Shown here piece by piece: positions 1 through 13,007 of a stretch of 64,000 nucleotides of DNA. The stretch comes from Macrostomum lignano (Eukaryota). The position numbers and the translations under genes are program-made. Under the pieces are notes generated by a model, which worked only from the letters and a program-made list of their open reading frames with translations, had not been told where the DNA came from and did no database searches. Numbering within the stretch: the first letter of the stretch is position 1; every line of letters starts with the position of its first letter. The stretch is from positions 248,001 through 312,000 of the forward strand of contig NIVC01000416.1 in assembly GCA_002269645.1 (NCBI GenBank). Reading direction: 5' to 3'.

Positions 1-3000
1 TGTAGCTCTCCGTGTAAGTGTCATCCGCAAAGCGCAACAATAGGCAGCTTTTGCCAACACCAGAGTCGCCAATCAGAAGCAACTTGAACAGATAGTCACT
101 GATAGGGGTGGAGGAGTAATGAAAAGTTGTCATTTTGATAAGTAAAATGCTTGTAAAATGAAAAACCCATTCATACATACATAATAATTGAACAGGATTT
201 ACTATGCTTCCAGCTAAACATAGCCAAATATAGTATTAAAAATCAACTGCCAAGTATCATTATATTGCATACTTAAGCATACTATAGAATCCAATCAAAG
301 TATTTAACTTGGCTAGAAACTTTATAGGATAATATTATTTAATAGTTGAGTATAGCTTATTTGACTGGTAAAAACTTTTAATTAGCATATAAAAAAGTAT
401 CATTAACAAATAAATGGGTTGATAAGATTTGCCTGCCAAGATTTTCTTGCAATTGTGCCAAGATTTGCCCACAGTGCATTTTGCCCACAAGTGAGTGGTC
501 TACCATGTTTTTCCCACTGAGGTTTACCCACAATGCTTCTTCCTGCAGTGCATTTAGCCACAAGGCAGATCTTGTCTGCATTGCCCCCAATGCTTAGTAG
601 TTGTCTTAATAAAGGATTTACCTTATGAAAACATTTTGATTATAACAGAACATCAAATGCCTATTTTTCTTAGGGTTATTTTATTTCTGTATACATGCAG
701 GGGTACATTAGTAAGCTAATAATTCATGCATATGTAATGCTACATTGTTCCATATTTCTCTCTATTAATAAAGATTTAAAATTGGGGAAGAGGCATAGCA
801 GACAAGATCTGCCATGTGGCTAAATGTGCTGCAATAAAAACATTGTAGGCCTAAACAAACCTTGGTGCAAAAAATCTTGGTGGGCAATTTGCTTATAGGC
901 AAATCGCGTTGCAGGCAAATCTTGATAGGCAATTTGCTTATGAGCAAGCTGCATAATACACTGTAGGCAAATCTTGGCAGGCAAATATCTTATAGGCAAA
1001 ACTCAACAGTCAATTCTTGTGCTCCATAAATAAATATATAGAATAAAAGCTCATACAAAACTTTAAACAACAAATTTCTAAGCAAAATCCTTTGCTTCAA
1101 AAATAATAATAAAAGGATACACTTTTATAGGCATATCCTTAGTATTTTTTTATAGTATATAATATAAAGTCATACAACCTTATACTAACCATATTTTAGA
1201 TAATAAATGCTAGGAAATTCTTATATATGAAAGCTCTAGCTAGTGCTATAGTATATAAGCAAGCAGTGGTAGATCTAGAGTTTCATTTGGGGGGGGGGTA
1301 GTCCAAGTTTGGGATGCCAACACAAGTAAAAGGGGCACCAATTTTTAAGCTAGGGGACACCAAAAATGCATGTATAGGGCAAAAAGTCAAGCTTAGGGAT
1401 GCAAAAAAGGCATTGGGAGGCAAAAAATCAAGTTTAGGGGGCATAAACTCAGGTTTTTGGGGGGTGCAATATGTTCTATCAAGCTATTTTAGGGGAGGCA
1501 GGCAGCCACCCCCCCCCCCCGGCCTCCTAAATCCACCCCTATAAGCCAGGATCGAATTCTTGCTTCGGGGTAGGAAAACACACATGCACATTTTTGGAGC
1601 ATTGCGCAAATGCACGCGCCAGCTGTAAAAAAATTCATATGCAGATCATGGCCCATGAGCTAAAAAATGACATTTATAGTTTTTAAATTCTATGCTGGCA
1701 TAAATTAAAAAGTTGTACTTTAAGTGTAGAATAGCTTGAACTAGAGGTCAGACGAGCAGAAAATTTTGGTCGAGTGTGAAATTTCGTGAAATTTTCAAAG
1801 TTGGGCGTGATCGTGATCATGATCGTGAATTTATATTTGCATATACCTATTTTGAGCTTGTAAGTTACAAGTGTTGAAAATAACAAAACAAGAAAAGAAA
1901 TATTTATAAATTGATAATAGCTACTCGGTAATGCTGTCAAGTCAACAAATTAAAAATTTATTACTCTTTTACACATTTGTGTTCACATATTTTGGTAAAC
2001 CAAGTAGAAAAGCTATACTTCTAATAAAAATGTAATAAAGCGGAAATTCACGACTGTCGTGAATGGGTTTCAAGGAAATCACAATCGTGAAAAAAATGGT
2101 TATGAATTCATGAAATTGTGATCACGATCGTGATCACGTCCAACCCCTAGCTTGAACACTATATTTTTTAAAGAAAATATTCTTTAAAAGTTATAAGAGT
2201 TTCACTAAACTTTAAAGTAAATGTTTTTTGCTAAAAAAATTATATATTGTTTTACTTTTGTTTTGAAATTTTCCACCATAAAAACAACCTTCCGGACTAT
2301 GAAAAGTAGTACTTGAGCACACATACACCACATGGCACATAACCATGTTGAATGCATGTAAAAGTCAAATCCTATCTGTGATTTTGTGGCAAACAGCTTC
2401 TTGCGCAAGCATATACAATGGAACATGCACATATGTGCGCAATAGTCAGCCGAGTCGGCCAATCTGGCCGACCGATTTGGTGGCTAAACAAGGAAGTCGC
2501 AAAAATGCCCACCCAAAAATACCCAAGTAGTAGTACTAAGTAGCTGATAAGGCATTTTGACTTAATAAGACAGTCATAGTTACTCCTACCATTTAACCTA
2601 CGTAGTGTTAATTTTGCATTACGCTATTTATGCTAGGGTTTTTTACATGTAAGTTGCATTTTTAGCCAAAAACTGTCGCATTTTTGTTAAAACTAAGTCA
2701 CATGGCTGACCAAATTTTGGAGGTTGCGCATTTTTGAGCATGTATACACCTTTAAAAGTGCGTAAATAGGCTCCTTTTCAGCATGCAAGTGCGCACAAAT
2801 TTGACAAGCACGCACATGTGCGTAACAAATTTTGTGCAAGAATTCCATCCTGGCCTATATAAGCAAGAAATATTACTTGCTAGCATATCATATCTTCATT
2901 GGAATATAATTAATAATTTATATCTATATACTAAATTTATAACTATACTTGTTATAGTTTTTGGCTATATATATAAGTCTATAATAGTATTAAAAAAATA

Positions 3001-3441
3001 TGCATATGCTAGACCTGACTAACATCAACATGTATAAATAATATTTTATTGCCATGCCATATCTCTATACTTTTGTAGCTATAAATATACCAAATTTGAT
3101 TAGGGCCTATGCCATCTCTGTAGTTGCAATTCATTATGTTTTAGAAATATGAAATATAACAAACTAGACAAGTTTTATTACTGCTATGACATTTGGAATT
3201 TAGGATTCAAAAGTATAAATACTATAACTTCTACAAGGCATATATTTTTGTAAAAGAACTTGCCAACAGATCTGAGATAAAACATAAAAGACTACAATTA
3301 TTATACAGCTTATCAGAGTAAATTAAAAGTAATATATTAAACAAAAATAATCAATCACAAAAAACAACCAGAGTACTGATACTGAATAATTAATAACAAT
3401 TTTTTATCAGAATAGTACAAAACTTACTATTCGGGCGTCAT
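1..3441 (-). CDS. RAB1: Rab1 small GTPase, 5' part (coding exons 3428-3441 and 1-98; gene continues off the left edge)
   Basis: The minus strand of 1-98 reads (Y)[32 protein letters not shown], preceded by a TATCAG acceptor. The minus strand of 3428-3441 reads ATG ACG CCC GAA TA followed by GTAAGT. Joined across a phase-2 intron (99-3427) this gives [13 protein letters not shown], the Rab1 N-terminus. Confidence 0.95.
421..995. mobile_element. small foldback/MITE with modular inverted arms, in Rab1 intron 1
   Basis: GATAAGATTTGCCTGCCAAGATTT (421) is inverted at ~969-993. GCATTTAGCCACAAGGCAGATCTTGTCTGC (~550-580) is inverted at ~795-830. The arms are built from GGCAAATCTTG-like sub-repeats. 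Confidence 0.6.
1264..1541. mobile_element. hAT-type MITE (GC-rich ends)
   Basis: Ends are CAGTGGTAGATCTAG...CTAAATCCACCCCTA. The 8-bp TSD TAAGCAAG lies at 1256-1263 and 2860-2867, the right copy displaced by a later insertion. A related copy lies at 53430-53584. Confidence 0.65.
1542..2857. mobile_element. non-autonomous DNA transposon with ~22-bp TIRs and a TA duplication
   Basis: TAAGCCAGGATCGAATTCTTGC at the left end, GCAAGAATTCCATCCTGGCCTA at the right end, TA on both flanks. Confidence 0.55.
1742..2149. mobile_element. hAT MITE (408 bp), nested copy 1
   Basis: Imperfect TIR TAGAGGTCAGACG / CGTCCAACCCCTA, perfect 8-bp TSD GCTTGAAC (1734-1741, 2150-2157) and GTGATC sub-terminal repeats. 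A near-identical copy lies at 24197-24590. Confidence 0.85.
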
Positions 3442-4110
3442 AGTGTACTAAATTTTTTACCAGTTAAAAATGCAAAGAACCACTTAAGTAGCAACAATGC
3501 TTATTAGAAGTAAGTGCAACAATTATATTATATGAAGCACCAAGTATAAAAACTTCACTAGCTAGTAATTCAGAAGAATGAAAAGATTAGCGAAATAATA
3601 GCAATTAGAAAAAAAGATTGACGAGTTCGAACTCTAAATTTTATTAATCACTCGAAAGCAGTGTTATAACAATAGGTATTTAATAATACTTAAAATTCGA
3701 TACACATTCAAAACTATGTTTGTTTTATTATTTTTAACTGAAAAATTCTATAATAAAGCAAATAATTCAGCAACCTATAATTTTTAAAACGTTGACCACT
3801 TTCCACTTTTCTATATCACAAATAAGTGCAGCAAAAAGGCTCAGATATAACGATACGGTGATATTATATCATGCTTTTCTTAGCCAAAATGCTGCAACAA
3901 TGTATATAGTTGGGATTGTTTACATGGCGTCGTTTTAAAGTCTAAATGAAGCATAATTTCCCCCCAGCATTAGGCCTAGCATATTAAGAAACTTCGCTGG
4001 TAGCACATGGCCATGTGAAGTATATGCTCATCTCGTATGCTTCCTTTAGCGAATTGAGCATTATTGTATAAGATGGTGTTGCTTAACTGCATCAATTGTG
4101 GCTACAGCAA

Positions 4111-4772
4111 CCCACTGGGAAAAATCATAGCGAGCCACAGTGGCTGCCTCCAACGGCCCGCTTGCGTCACCTGTCACGTGGTCCACTCTCCGACCGCTAG
4201 CGCCCTAGCGGCATTTCGCTAGCTAGCGACTAGTGATCAGCTATAACGGTCCATATGTCTAGCAATTCTATTACATGTATTGAATATACAATATATGCGC
4301 CGCTTTATGTCGGATTTGTACAGGCCTAATTAATTCCGTGTAGCTCTGATAATACACCGCACATGCATGGTATTTAAGAATGCTTCATTATACCGAATTT
4401 CGGCATAAGAACTGTAAGAAGCAGTACGTGATCAGTACAATTAGAATTGTCATTAGCTCTGCTGCCTGCTGGCTAATAATAAAAAAAACTTAGGATTGGC
4501 TAAAAGCGCATTTACAAATTTAGATTTTCATAAGCTGCATGAAGCGACCAATGACCATATAGTGAAGAAATCGCATTCACATATAATTATTTATTACAAA
4601 ATGCAATACATGTATGTAAATATATACACTTTAATTCCAGATAAAATAGGAACTTGCAATACAATAGATCAACAGAAAAATGCCAAATCGATGTCTTTAT
4701 TTTAAGTTTCCTCCATGATACCGCTAAGGGTTAAGTGGCACACAAGAGGCCCACTAGAACTTTCCCAGTGGG
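4111..4772. mobile_element. MITE inserted in the left arm of FB1
   Basis: TIR CCCACTGGGAAA / TTTCCCAGTGGG. The empty site GCTACAGC-TA-GGGCGC is preserved in the opposite arm (~7662-7677), implying a TA TSD. Confidence 0.75.
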
Positions 4773-4924
4773 TAGGGCGCAGATTAATATAAATTTATTT
4801 GACTTTGATGAGTGTTACTGACTAAATTAGCGCATTGTTGTGTTTTCTATTGAATGCATATCACACTTATCATGGTTAGGCCTATGGCTATGTAGCAGTA
4901 GTTATACCCGATTTGCTCGAACCC

Positions 4925-6243
4925 TGCTTTGCCCCCGGCTCTGCCACCCTGCTCTCCCTCTTCCTACTCTGCCCCCTTGCTTTGCCACACTGCTTTCCCT
5001 CCCTTGCTCTGATCTGCCACCCTGCTTTCCCTCCCTGCTCTGCCCCCTGCTCTCCCTCCCTGCTCTGCCCCCTGCTCTTCCACCCTATACCCTGCATGCT
5101 ATGCCCCCTGCTCCGCCACCTACTCTGTTCTCCTGCTCTACCCCCCTCACTGCCAACCTACTGTGCCCCCCTATACTCTACCTCTTGCTTTGCCATCCTG
5201 CTCTGCCCCCCTTGCTCTGTCACCCTGTTCTACCCCTTGCTCTCCCTGCTGTGCCCCCTTCTCTCCCTCTGTGCTCTTCCACCCTGCTCTGCCCCCTACT
5301 CTGTCCCCTTCCCTCCTCCTGCAATTCTACCCTGCGCTGCGTTCCTGCGCTGCGTTCCTGCCTGCCCCCTGCTCTGCCCCCTGCTCTGCCCCCTGCTCTA
5401 CCCCCTGCTCTGCCCCCTGCTCTGCCCCCTGCTCTGCCCCCTGCTCTGCCCCCTGCTCTACCCCTGCCCTGCCACCCTGCTCTGCCCCCTGCTCTGCCCC
5501 CTGCTCTGCCCCCTGCTCTGCCCCCTGCTCTGCCCCTGCTCTGCCCCCTGCTCTGCCCCCTGCTCTGCCCCCTGCTCTGCCCCTGCTCTGCCCCCTGCTC
5601 TGCCCCCTGCTCTGCCCCCTGCTCTGCCCCCTGCTCTGCCCCCTGCTCTGCCCCCTGCTCTACCCCTGCCCTGCCACCCTGCTCTGCCCCCTGCTCTGCC
5701 CCCTGCTCTGCCCCTGCTCTGCCCCCTGCTCTGCCCCCTGCTCTGCCCCCTGCTCTGCCCCCTGCTCTGCCCCCTGCTCTGCCCCCTGCTCTGCCCCCTG
5801 CTCTGCCCCCTGCTCTGCCCCCTGCTCTGCCCCCTGCTCTGCCCCCTGCTCTGCCCCCTGCTCTGCCCCCTGCTCTGCCCCCTGCTCTGCCCCCTGCTCT
5901 GCCCCCTGCTCTGCCCCCTGCTCTGCCCCCTGCTCTGCCCCCTGCTCTGCCCCCTGCTCTGCCCCCTGCTCTGCCCCTGCTCTGCCCCCTGCTCTGCCCC
6001 CTGCTCTGCCCCCTGCTCTGCCCCCTGCTCTGCCCCCTGCTCTGCCCCCTGCTCTGCCCCCTGCTCTGCCCCCTGCTCTGCCCCCTGCTCTGCCCCCTGC
6101 TCTGCCCCCTGCTCTGCCCCCTGCTCTGCCCCTGCCCTGCCACCCTGCTTTGTATCCCTGCTGTGCCCACTACACTCTCCCTCCCTGTTCTGCTACCCCG
6201 CTCTATCCCCTTGCTCTCCCTTCCTGCTCTACCCCCTGCCCTG
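4925..6243 (+). repeat. C-rich 12-bp minisatellite (CCCCCTGCTCTG)n in the left arm of FB1
   Basis: Near-perfect core ~5370-6140 with degenerate edges. It is the source of the PALP/CPLL/SAPC ORFs. Confidence 0.95.
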
Positions 6244-6451
6244 CATCTAAGTCAGTCAACGAAAGTAAAGAGCACAGAGAGAATCCCATTCGACAAAAGT
6301 TCCACAAGACTTAGCAAGAGTCGCAACAACAGGTGTTTTACACCTGTAAGCCAATTTATGCTTTTTTGTGACCAAAATATAAAAAAGCAGAAGGTATTAC
6401 AAACTCAGCCACACTCTTAGAGCGCTAAGACAGTTGTTTTAAAACAGTTGC

Positions 6452-6615
6452 CGCCACCTTCCCGCTCTCTGCCGCCACCTTCCCGCTCCTCTGCCGCCAC
6501 CTTCCCGCTCCTCTGCCGCCACCTTCCCGCTCCTCTGCCGCCACCTTCCCGCTATCAGCTGCCGCCACCTTCCCGCTCTCAGCTGCCTCCACCTTCTCCC
6601 GCCCTCCACACCTCT
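6452..6615 (+). repeat. 22-bp tandem repeat CTGCCGCCACCTTCCCGCTCCT
   Basis: About 7 copies in the central spacer of FB1. Confidence 0.85.
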
Positions 6616-6994
6616 GCCAACATTAGATATATATGGCTTGTGATGAATGCATGGCTTTTCTGTTTTAGCTATTGGAGAGTTGTAAAACCTCACTAACGGT
6701 GATCGGAAGTACTACTGCATGTACATGTGTATGAATACATGAGCAAGAAGCTAAGTTAAGAGTAGAACAAGGGTAAGAAGTACAGTTAAACAAAGTTAAA
6801 AATTTGACTGAAAATAGAGCTAAACTGAGGTGTCAATGCTACGAATTTCCTTTTGCTAACAGCTCAAGACAAAATCCTTTCAATGAACGTTCCATCCTGA
6901 GCTAACTTTGATACCAGGTACGACCACACCGCATTGCTGAAGGGTATGGTACGCATTGCACCGACTGCAGTGTTGTTGGGTAGAAAAGCAGTCG

Positions 6995-7520
6995 GCAGAG
7001 CAGGGTGGAAGGGCAGGGGGCAGGGCAGGGGGGGCAGAGCAGGGAGGCAACGCAGGGTAGAATTGCAGGGGGAGGAAAGGGGACAGAGTAGGGGGCAGAG
7101 CAGGGGGGGGGAAAGCAGGGTAGAGCAGGGTGCAAAAGCAGGGGGTAGAGCAGGGTGGAAAAGCAGGGGGTAGAGCAGGGTGGAAAAGCAGGGGGTAGAG
7201 CAGGGTGGAAAAGCAGGGGGTAGAGCAGGGTGGAAGGGCAGGGAGGGAGAGCAGGGGGGCAAAGCAGGGAGGGAGAGCAGGGTGGAAGAGCACGGAGGGA
7301 GAGCAGGGGGGCAAAGCAGGGAGGGAGAGCAGGGGGCAAAGCAGGGAGGGAGAGCAGGGGGCAAAGCAGGGAGGGAGAGCAGGGGGCAAAGCAGGGAGGG
7401 AGAGCAGGGGGCAAAGCAGGGAGGGAGAGCAGGGGGCAAAGCAGGGAGGGAGAGCAGGGTGGCAGAGCAGGGGGCAGAGCAGAGCAGGAGGTAGAGCAAG
7501 GGGTAGGCAGGGTTGCAGAG
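6995..7520 (+). repeat. G-rich minisatellite, the inverted counterpart of 4925-6243
   Basis: Units such as AGAGCAGGGGGCAAAGCAGGGAGGG and AGAGCAGGGTGGAAAAGCAGGGGGT. Confidence 0.9.
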
Positions 7521-8226
7521 CAAATCGGGTATAACTACAGTACTACTATAGCCATATGCCTATAACCATGATAAGTGTGATATGCATACAATACAAAAAC
7601 ACAATAATGATTGCGCTCATTTAGTCAGTAACACTAATCAAAGTCAATTTATATTATACTGCGCCCTAGCTGTAGCCACAATTGATGCAGTTAAGCAACA
7701 CCATCTTATACAATAATGCTCAATTCGCTAAAGGAAGCATACAAGATGAGCATATAATTCACATGGCCATGTGCTAGCTACCAGCGGAGTTTCTTAAGCT
7801 AGGCCTAATGCTGGGGGAAAATTATCCTTCATTTAGACTTTAAAACGACACCATGCAAACAATCCCAACTAGATACATTGTTGCAGCATTTTGGCTAAGA
7901 ATATCATAATACATATCACCGTATTGTGAAGATTATTCGGTGCCTCGAGAGTAATTAACGAAGACAAACACGGCAGAGGCAAATTTTGAAGCGGTAGCAC
8001 TTGATGATAGTACGATTGATGCGGGCACAAGGACTACTTAACTTATATGCTGTGGTCCTTGTGCGGGCAATGGCCGCAGTCTTTGTTTATTGTAACCGTA
8101 TGAGAGGATAGTTAGGCTTGCTACGAGTATTATCAATTCTGTCTGGGTGGACAACAGAGATAGGCCAGAGTACTTGCTGAATCCGTAGTAGGAAATGCAC
8201 TGGGCGGCTACGCAACAAAGATAGCT

Positions 8227-8629
8227 TGTAGCGTATTCACTATATTATAAGTATTGTAGCGTATTTCTATTTTCTATAATATTCTATAACATGCTTAAAT
8301 CTTCATATTCTAGAAAGTTCTCCAACTAAACAACGCGCATATACGGTATAAAATAGCGTACAGTAAGTACAATACTTATATTCTAGAAACTTCCGCGTAA
8401 ACACGCACTTTCTATATTTGGTATTTTGAACTCCCGCGCACCCCTTTCTAAAAACCGCTTCTCGAACTTTCCGGATTCCGGAATGTTCTATTAACACATA
8501 TATAAATATACAGCACCCTAACGCGCAATTATTCAAGCCTCTTCTTTTCCGCACGGAAAACAATCAAAGCAAAAACCAAAACAAACGAACCACCGCGTTT
8601 CACGCCTCAATTATTTTCGCAATTCTACA
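8227..8629 (+). repeat. 5' LTR of the CsRN1-like element
   Basis: TGTAGCG...TTCTACA, a direct repeat of 13008-13410. Confidence 0.95.
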
Positions 8630-8666
8630 ACTGGTCCAGTGAGGCGTTCGCTGCCAAACAGCAACA

Positions 8667-9569
8667 ATGTCAACAGAAGCAACCTCTGGTACTGCAACGA
8701 CCGCCAATGCGGGGAACGCTCCAACGGCTTCAATCTCAGCATCAGCGGAACATCCGAACCCGATTGAGGAGTCATCACTAGCCACGGTAAGTCTCAAAAT
8801 ACCTTCTTTTTACAGGAACAACCCCGAAGCCTGGTTTCGGATGCTGGACGCCCAGTTCGAGCTGCGGAACATCACGTCGGAGAAGACTCGCTTCAGTCAT
8901 CTCATCTGCCAGCTCCCGGAAGACATCGCGTCCGTTCTCATCTCTACGACCACGCCGGCAAACTACAGTGACTTGAAGAAAGCCGTGCTCGCCATGCTCC
9001 AGAAAAGCAAGCAGGACAAAATCAACGAGGTCATGAACACCTCAGACCTGGGTGGCGACAAACCATCTGTTTTCGTCAAGCGTCTGACATCTAAGATGGC
9101 TCGGTGTGGCCTACAAGATAATCCGGATATGGTAAAGGCCACGCTGATTCGTTGTCTACCACCCGAACTGCAACGCCATCTGGCCTGCTTCCAAGAGCAG
9201 CAGACACCGGAGCAACTGGCTTCCATCGCCGATTCGCTGCTTGAAATCCAGCATTCCAAGATCAACACCGTCCAACCACGCGACACAACTCGACACACCG
9301 CAACGAGTTCACAACAGGAGACATCTCCGCAGCTGCCATCATTAGCACCCTACCGTCCAGGCCAGCGCCCGGTCATCTGTCGTGGACATCTCTATTACGG
9401 ACCCCGGTCGCGCACCTGTCGCCGCTGGTGCCAATTTCCACGAAAGAGCAACGGCCCACAACCAAGGATCCTGGGCCCCAACGAGCGGACCCCAGTACCG
9501 TCGCGCTCGAGCTCCCCGGAGCGACCGTCTCCGGAAAACTCCAGGGCACTACCCATGACGCCGCAGTGA
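8667..9569 (+). CDS. gag: retrotransposon Gag (300 aa)
   Basis: Intact ORF with [15 protein letters not shown] and a C-x2-H-x9-C-x3-C motif. Confidence 0.9.
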   Translation: MSTEATSGTATTANAGNAPTASISASAEHPNPIEESSLATVSLKIPSFYRNNPEAWFRMLDAQFELRNITSEKTRFSHLICQLPEDIASVLISTTTPANYSDLKKAVLAMLQKSKQDKINEVMNTSDLGGDKPSVFVKRLTSKMARCGLQDNPDMVKATLIRCLPPELQRHLACFQEQQTPEQLASIADSLLEIQHSKINTVQPRDTTRHTATSSQQETSPQLPSLAPYRPGQRPVICRGHLYYGPRSRTCRRWCQFPRKSNGPQPRILGPNERTPVPSRSSSPERPSPENSRALPMTPQ

Positions 9570-12500
9570 GCAGTGCCACGGACTCAGCGGCGCGCAAGTC
9601 CTGCCTCGTCGTCGAACTCCTATTCGATGCGCGTCGTTTGTCCTTCCTGGTCGACACCGGCGCAGCAGTTTCAATCATTCCTCCGCAGTACTTCAGCAAC
9701 AACGTCCGCGCAACAGGATATCAGCTAACAACCGCCACAGGCGACTTGATCCCAGTTGCCGGTGAGATTTCACTCGAAGTCGCAATTCGGGGACTACGCC
9801 GTTCCTTCCGTTGGACTTTTCTCGTCGCCTCCGTCGTTCGTCCAATACTCGGCTACGACTTCCTTTCCCACTTCGGACTGCTAGTAGACTGCAAGGCAAG
9901 ACGACTGGTGGACCCAACAACTCGACTCCACACTCCAGAACTGCCAGTCTCCACACTCAGCATCTCATCGTTTACCGTCACGCCAGCATATCCAGCCAAC
10001 TGCAACCCGCGGATCAAGCAGCTGATCGACCGCTATCAAGACACCTTCACCTACGTGGAGGGGGGTCGACTGCCGCCTGCAGACGCGGTAAAACACGACA
10101 CCGTCCATCGGATCGACACCGGCAACCAGCTACCGGTACATGCCCGAGCTCGTCAGTTGCACCCAGAGAAGCTGTCCATCGCCAAAGAGGAATTCCAGCA
10201 ATTGATCGACGCCGGTTACATCCGGCCATCCAACAGCTCATGGGCGTCACCACTTCACATGGTACCGAAAAAGTCGGATGGGAAACCCAACGGTAAGTGG
10301 CGTCCTTGCGGCGATTACCGTGCTCTTAATAAGGCTACCAAACCCGACAGCTATCCCGTACCACACATTCAGAGCTTCACTCAATATCTACACGGTGCAA
10401 CGACATTTAGCAAACTTGATTGATCTCGTCCGAGCCTACCATCAAATTCCGATTGCCGAAGAAGACATCCCGAAAACGGCTATCATCACTCCTTTCGGTT
10501 TGTTTGAGTGGACCCGCATGCCGTTCGGTCTCCGAAATGCAGCGCAGACCTTCCAACGCTTCATCGACTCGGTACTTCGCGGTCTGCCAGGTGTGATCGC
10601 ATACCTCGACGACCTCTTGGTTTACTCCAAGACCGAGGAGGAACACCTTCAACATCTTGAAGCCGTCCTGTCACGCCTGGCCCACCATGGATTGAAAGTT
10701 CAACTCAGCAAATGTGTCTTCCTGCAAAGCGAGATTAACTTCCTCGGGCATCACGTGTCGGCAGCAGGAATCCGCCCGTTGGAATCCAAGGTCGAGACCA
10801 TCAAGAAGTGGCCAGCACCACGCGATTCTGCAGCATTACGACGATTTTTAAGCGTGATTGGCTTCTACAGACGTTTCGTCCCAAACTTCGCTGACATCGC
10901 CGCTCCGTTGCAGGACCTCCTCACCGCATCACTACGGTCTCCCAGATCCTTCAACTGGAGCGACACACATCAGGCAGCATTCGAGGAACTCAAGTCGAAA
11001 CTGACCGAGCGACTTCTACTCAGCCACCCAGACCCAGATTGCTCGGCATATAAACTAGTCACGGATGCATCGGCAACTTGTGTCGGCGCCGCCTTACATC
11101 AAACCGTCGGAGACAGCACTACTCTGCTCGGAATGTACAGCAAGAAACTCTCATCGACACAGCAGACATACTCGGCATTCGACCGTGAGCTTCTCGCCGT
11201 TTACTTAGCCGTACTCCACTTCCGGAACCTGATCGAAGGTCGACACGTAACGGTCTTCACGGACCACAAACCACTCGAGCAGGCCTTCCGGCAAAACTCC
11301 TATGGAAAATCGGACAGAAACCAGCGCTATATGAGCGTCATCTCTGAGTACATCGCCGACATTCAATACCTTCGCGGAGCGGACAACATCGTAGCCGACG
11401 CCTTGTCGAGAATCGAGCACAACCCCATCGCAGCCATCACGCAAGACGACTCGCCAACTGATCTGCCAGCGATCGCCGCACAGCAGGCCCTCGACGGGCT
11501 CACAGAGGAAGACAACTGCCGATACTTCCCACTGGGAGACGACCGACGTGTCCTTTGCGAGACTTCCACAGGCTACCCACGACCAGTCGTCCCTGTCTCA
11601 ATGCGTCACGCACTGATCCGACATTTTCACCAGCTCGGACACTATGGATTCCGAAAGACGGCCAATCTCATCTCCAGTCGCTACTTCTGGCATAACATGC
11701 GCGACGAGATCAAGGAATACTGCCGAACATGCGAGGAATGCCAACGCTGCAAAGTAGACCGCCACACGACGGCTGGCAGCTCAGCATTCAACCTTCCGTC
11801 AAATCGCTTCGAAACCATACATCTAGACGTGGTCAGACCTCTTCCAGTCCCGGACAAGAACCAGCCCCGGTACCTTCTCACGATGATCGACAGGAACACC
11901 GGTTGGCTCGAAGCAGCACCACTCGAGACAGTCACAGCCCAGAGTATTGGAACAGCCTTCATCACAACGTGGATTTCGCGCTTTGGAGTCCTACTCTACG
12001 TCATTACGGATCGCAGACCTCAATTCGAAGCGGAGCTCTTCCACATCCTCTCGTCAGCTGTGGGTTTCCATAGGCTACGCACCACGGCGTACCATCCACA
12101 GTGCAACGGAAAAGTGGAGAGAGCACATCGCACTCTCAAGACCATGCTCAAAGCGCGAGGAGCTTCATGGCTTGACAACCTGCCTCTAGCATTGCTTGCG
12201 ATGCACATCGCACCAGATGATGCAGGTGTCAGCCCATTCACCAGGCTCACAGGCGAAAATCCGATGCTGCCTCGAGTCCTAGTCAACGCTTCAGACCCCG
12301 CGACGATCCAGTTGAACCTCGATCAACTTCTTGAACACCAGCCACGGCAACCGGTCATTAACAACACCTACACCCCGAAAGACCTTTGGACGGCCGAGAA
12401 AGTCTGGATCCGCGTAGACAGAGTTCGAAAGCCGCTCGAAGCGCCTTACTCCGGACCTTATACCGTCGTCCGGCGCACACCCAAGTTCTTCATAGTCGAG

Positions 12501-12788
12501 ACACGAGCCAAACAAGAGGAAGCAATCTCAATCGACCGTCTGAAGCCATGCCGTTCTGCAAGCCTACAGCAACCGAAGTCGATCCAAACGCCACCTACCA
12601 GCCGAACCCCTCGAGAGGCTCCTCAGGATGAGACGACGACAAACGAAAGGGAGAAAAAGGACGAGGCGACTCAACAGACGACACCGTCGACGACAGCCAG
12701 TAATGACAATGCCCAGGAGTCGCCAACTCGAACCAGGAGTGGACGACGAGTGCACTTCAACCCCAGAAAAGACTTTTTCTACTTCTGA
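9533..12788 (+). pseudogene. pol: retrotransposon Pol (protease, RT, RNase H, integrase), frameshifted at ~10420
   Basis: Motifs are FLVDTGAA (PR), [11 protein letters not shown] and YLDD (RT), TDAS/DRELLA (RH) and an HHCC-DDE integrase. A 4-bp duplication (AAACTTGATTGATCTC) breaks KLDLVRAYHQ. Confidence 0.9.
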
Positions 12789-13007
12789 CTTGTATATAGA
12801 CTTGTTCATATAGCCTCCGCAATGCATGTACATGTAACATTACCATTTATCGCTTTTACAGTATGGATGCGCACGTACAATGCACGTGTAGTTTCATACC
12901 CATCCAAGACTTCATTTCTAAAAATTCCATTTACACGTATAGTTAACCAGCATTTATCCAGTAAATTTTGTACCCCTTTGAGACTCCGTCTCCGGCGGGG
13001 GAACTGT

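Noticed and set aside
6864-6917. Exon-like 54-nt segment with good acceptor and donor inside the FB1 spacer
   Set aside because: It has stops in all three frames and no partner exons.
4840-7565. Long Pro/Ala/Leu/Cys- and Gly/Arg-rich ORFs (up to 526 aa) on both strands
   Set aside because: They are translations of the 12-bp minisatellite. The unit has no stop in any frame, so all frames stay open.
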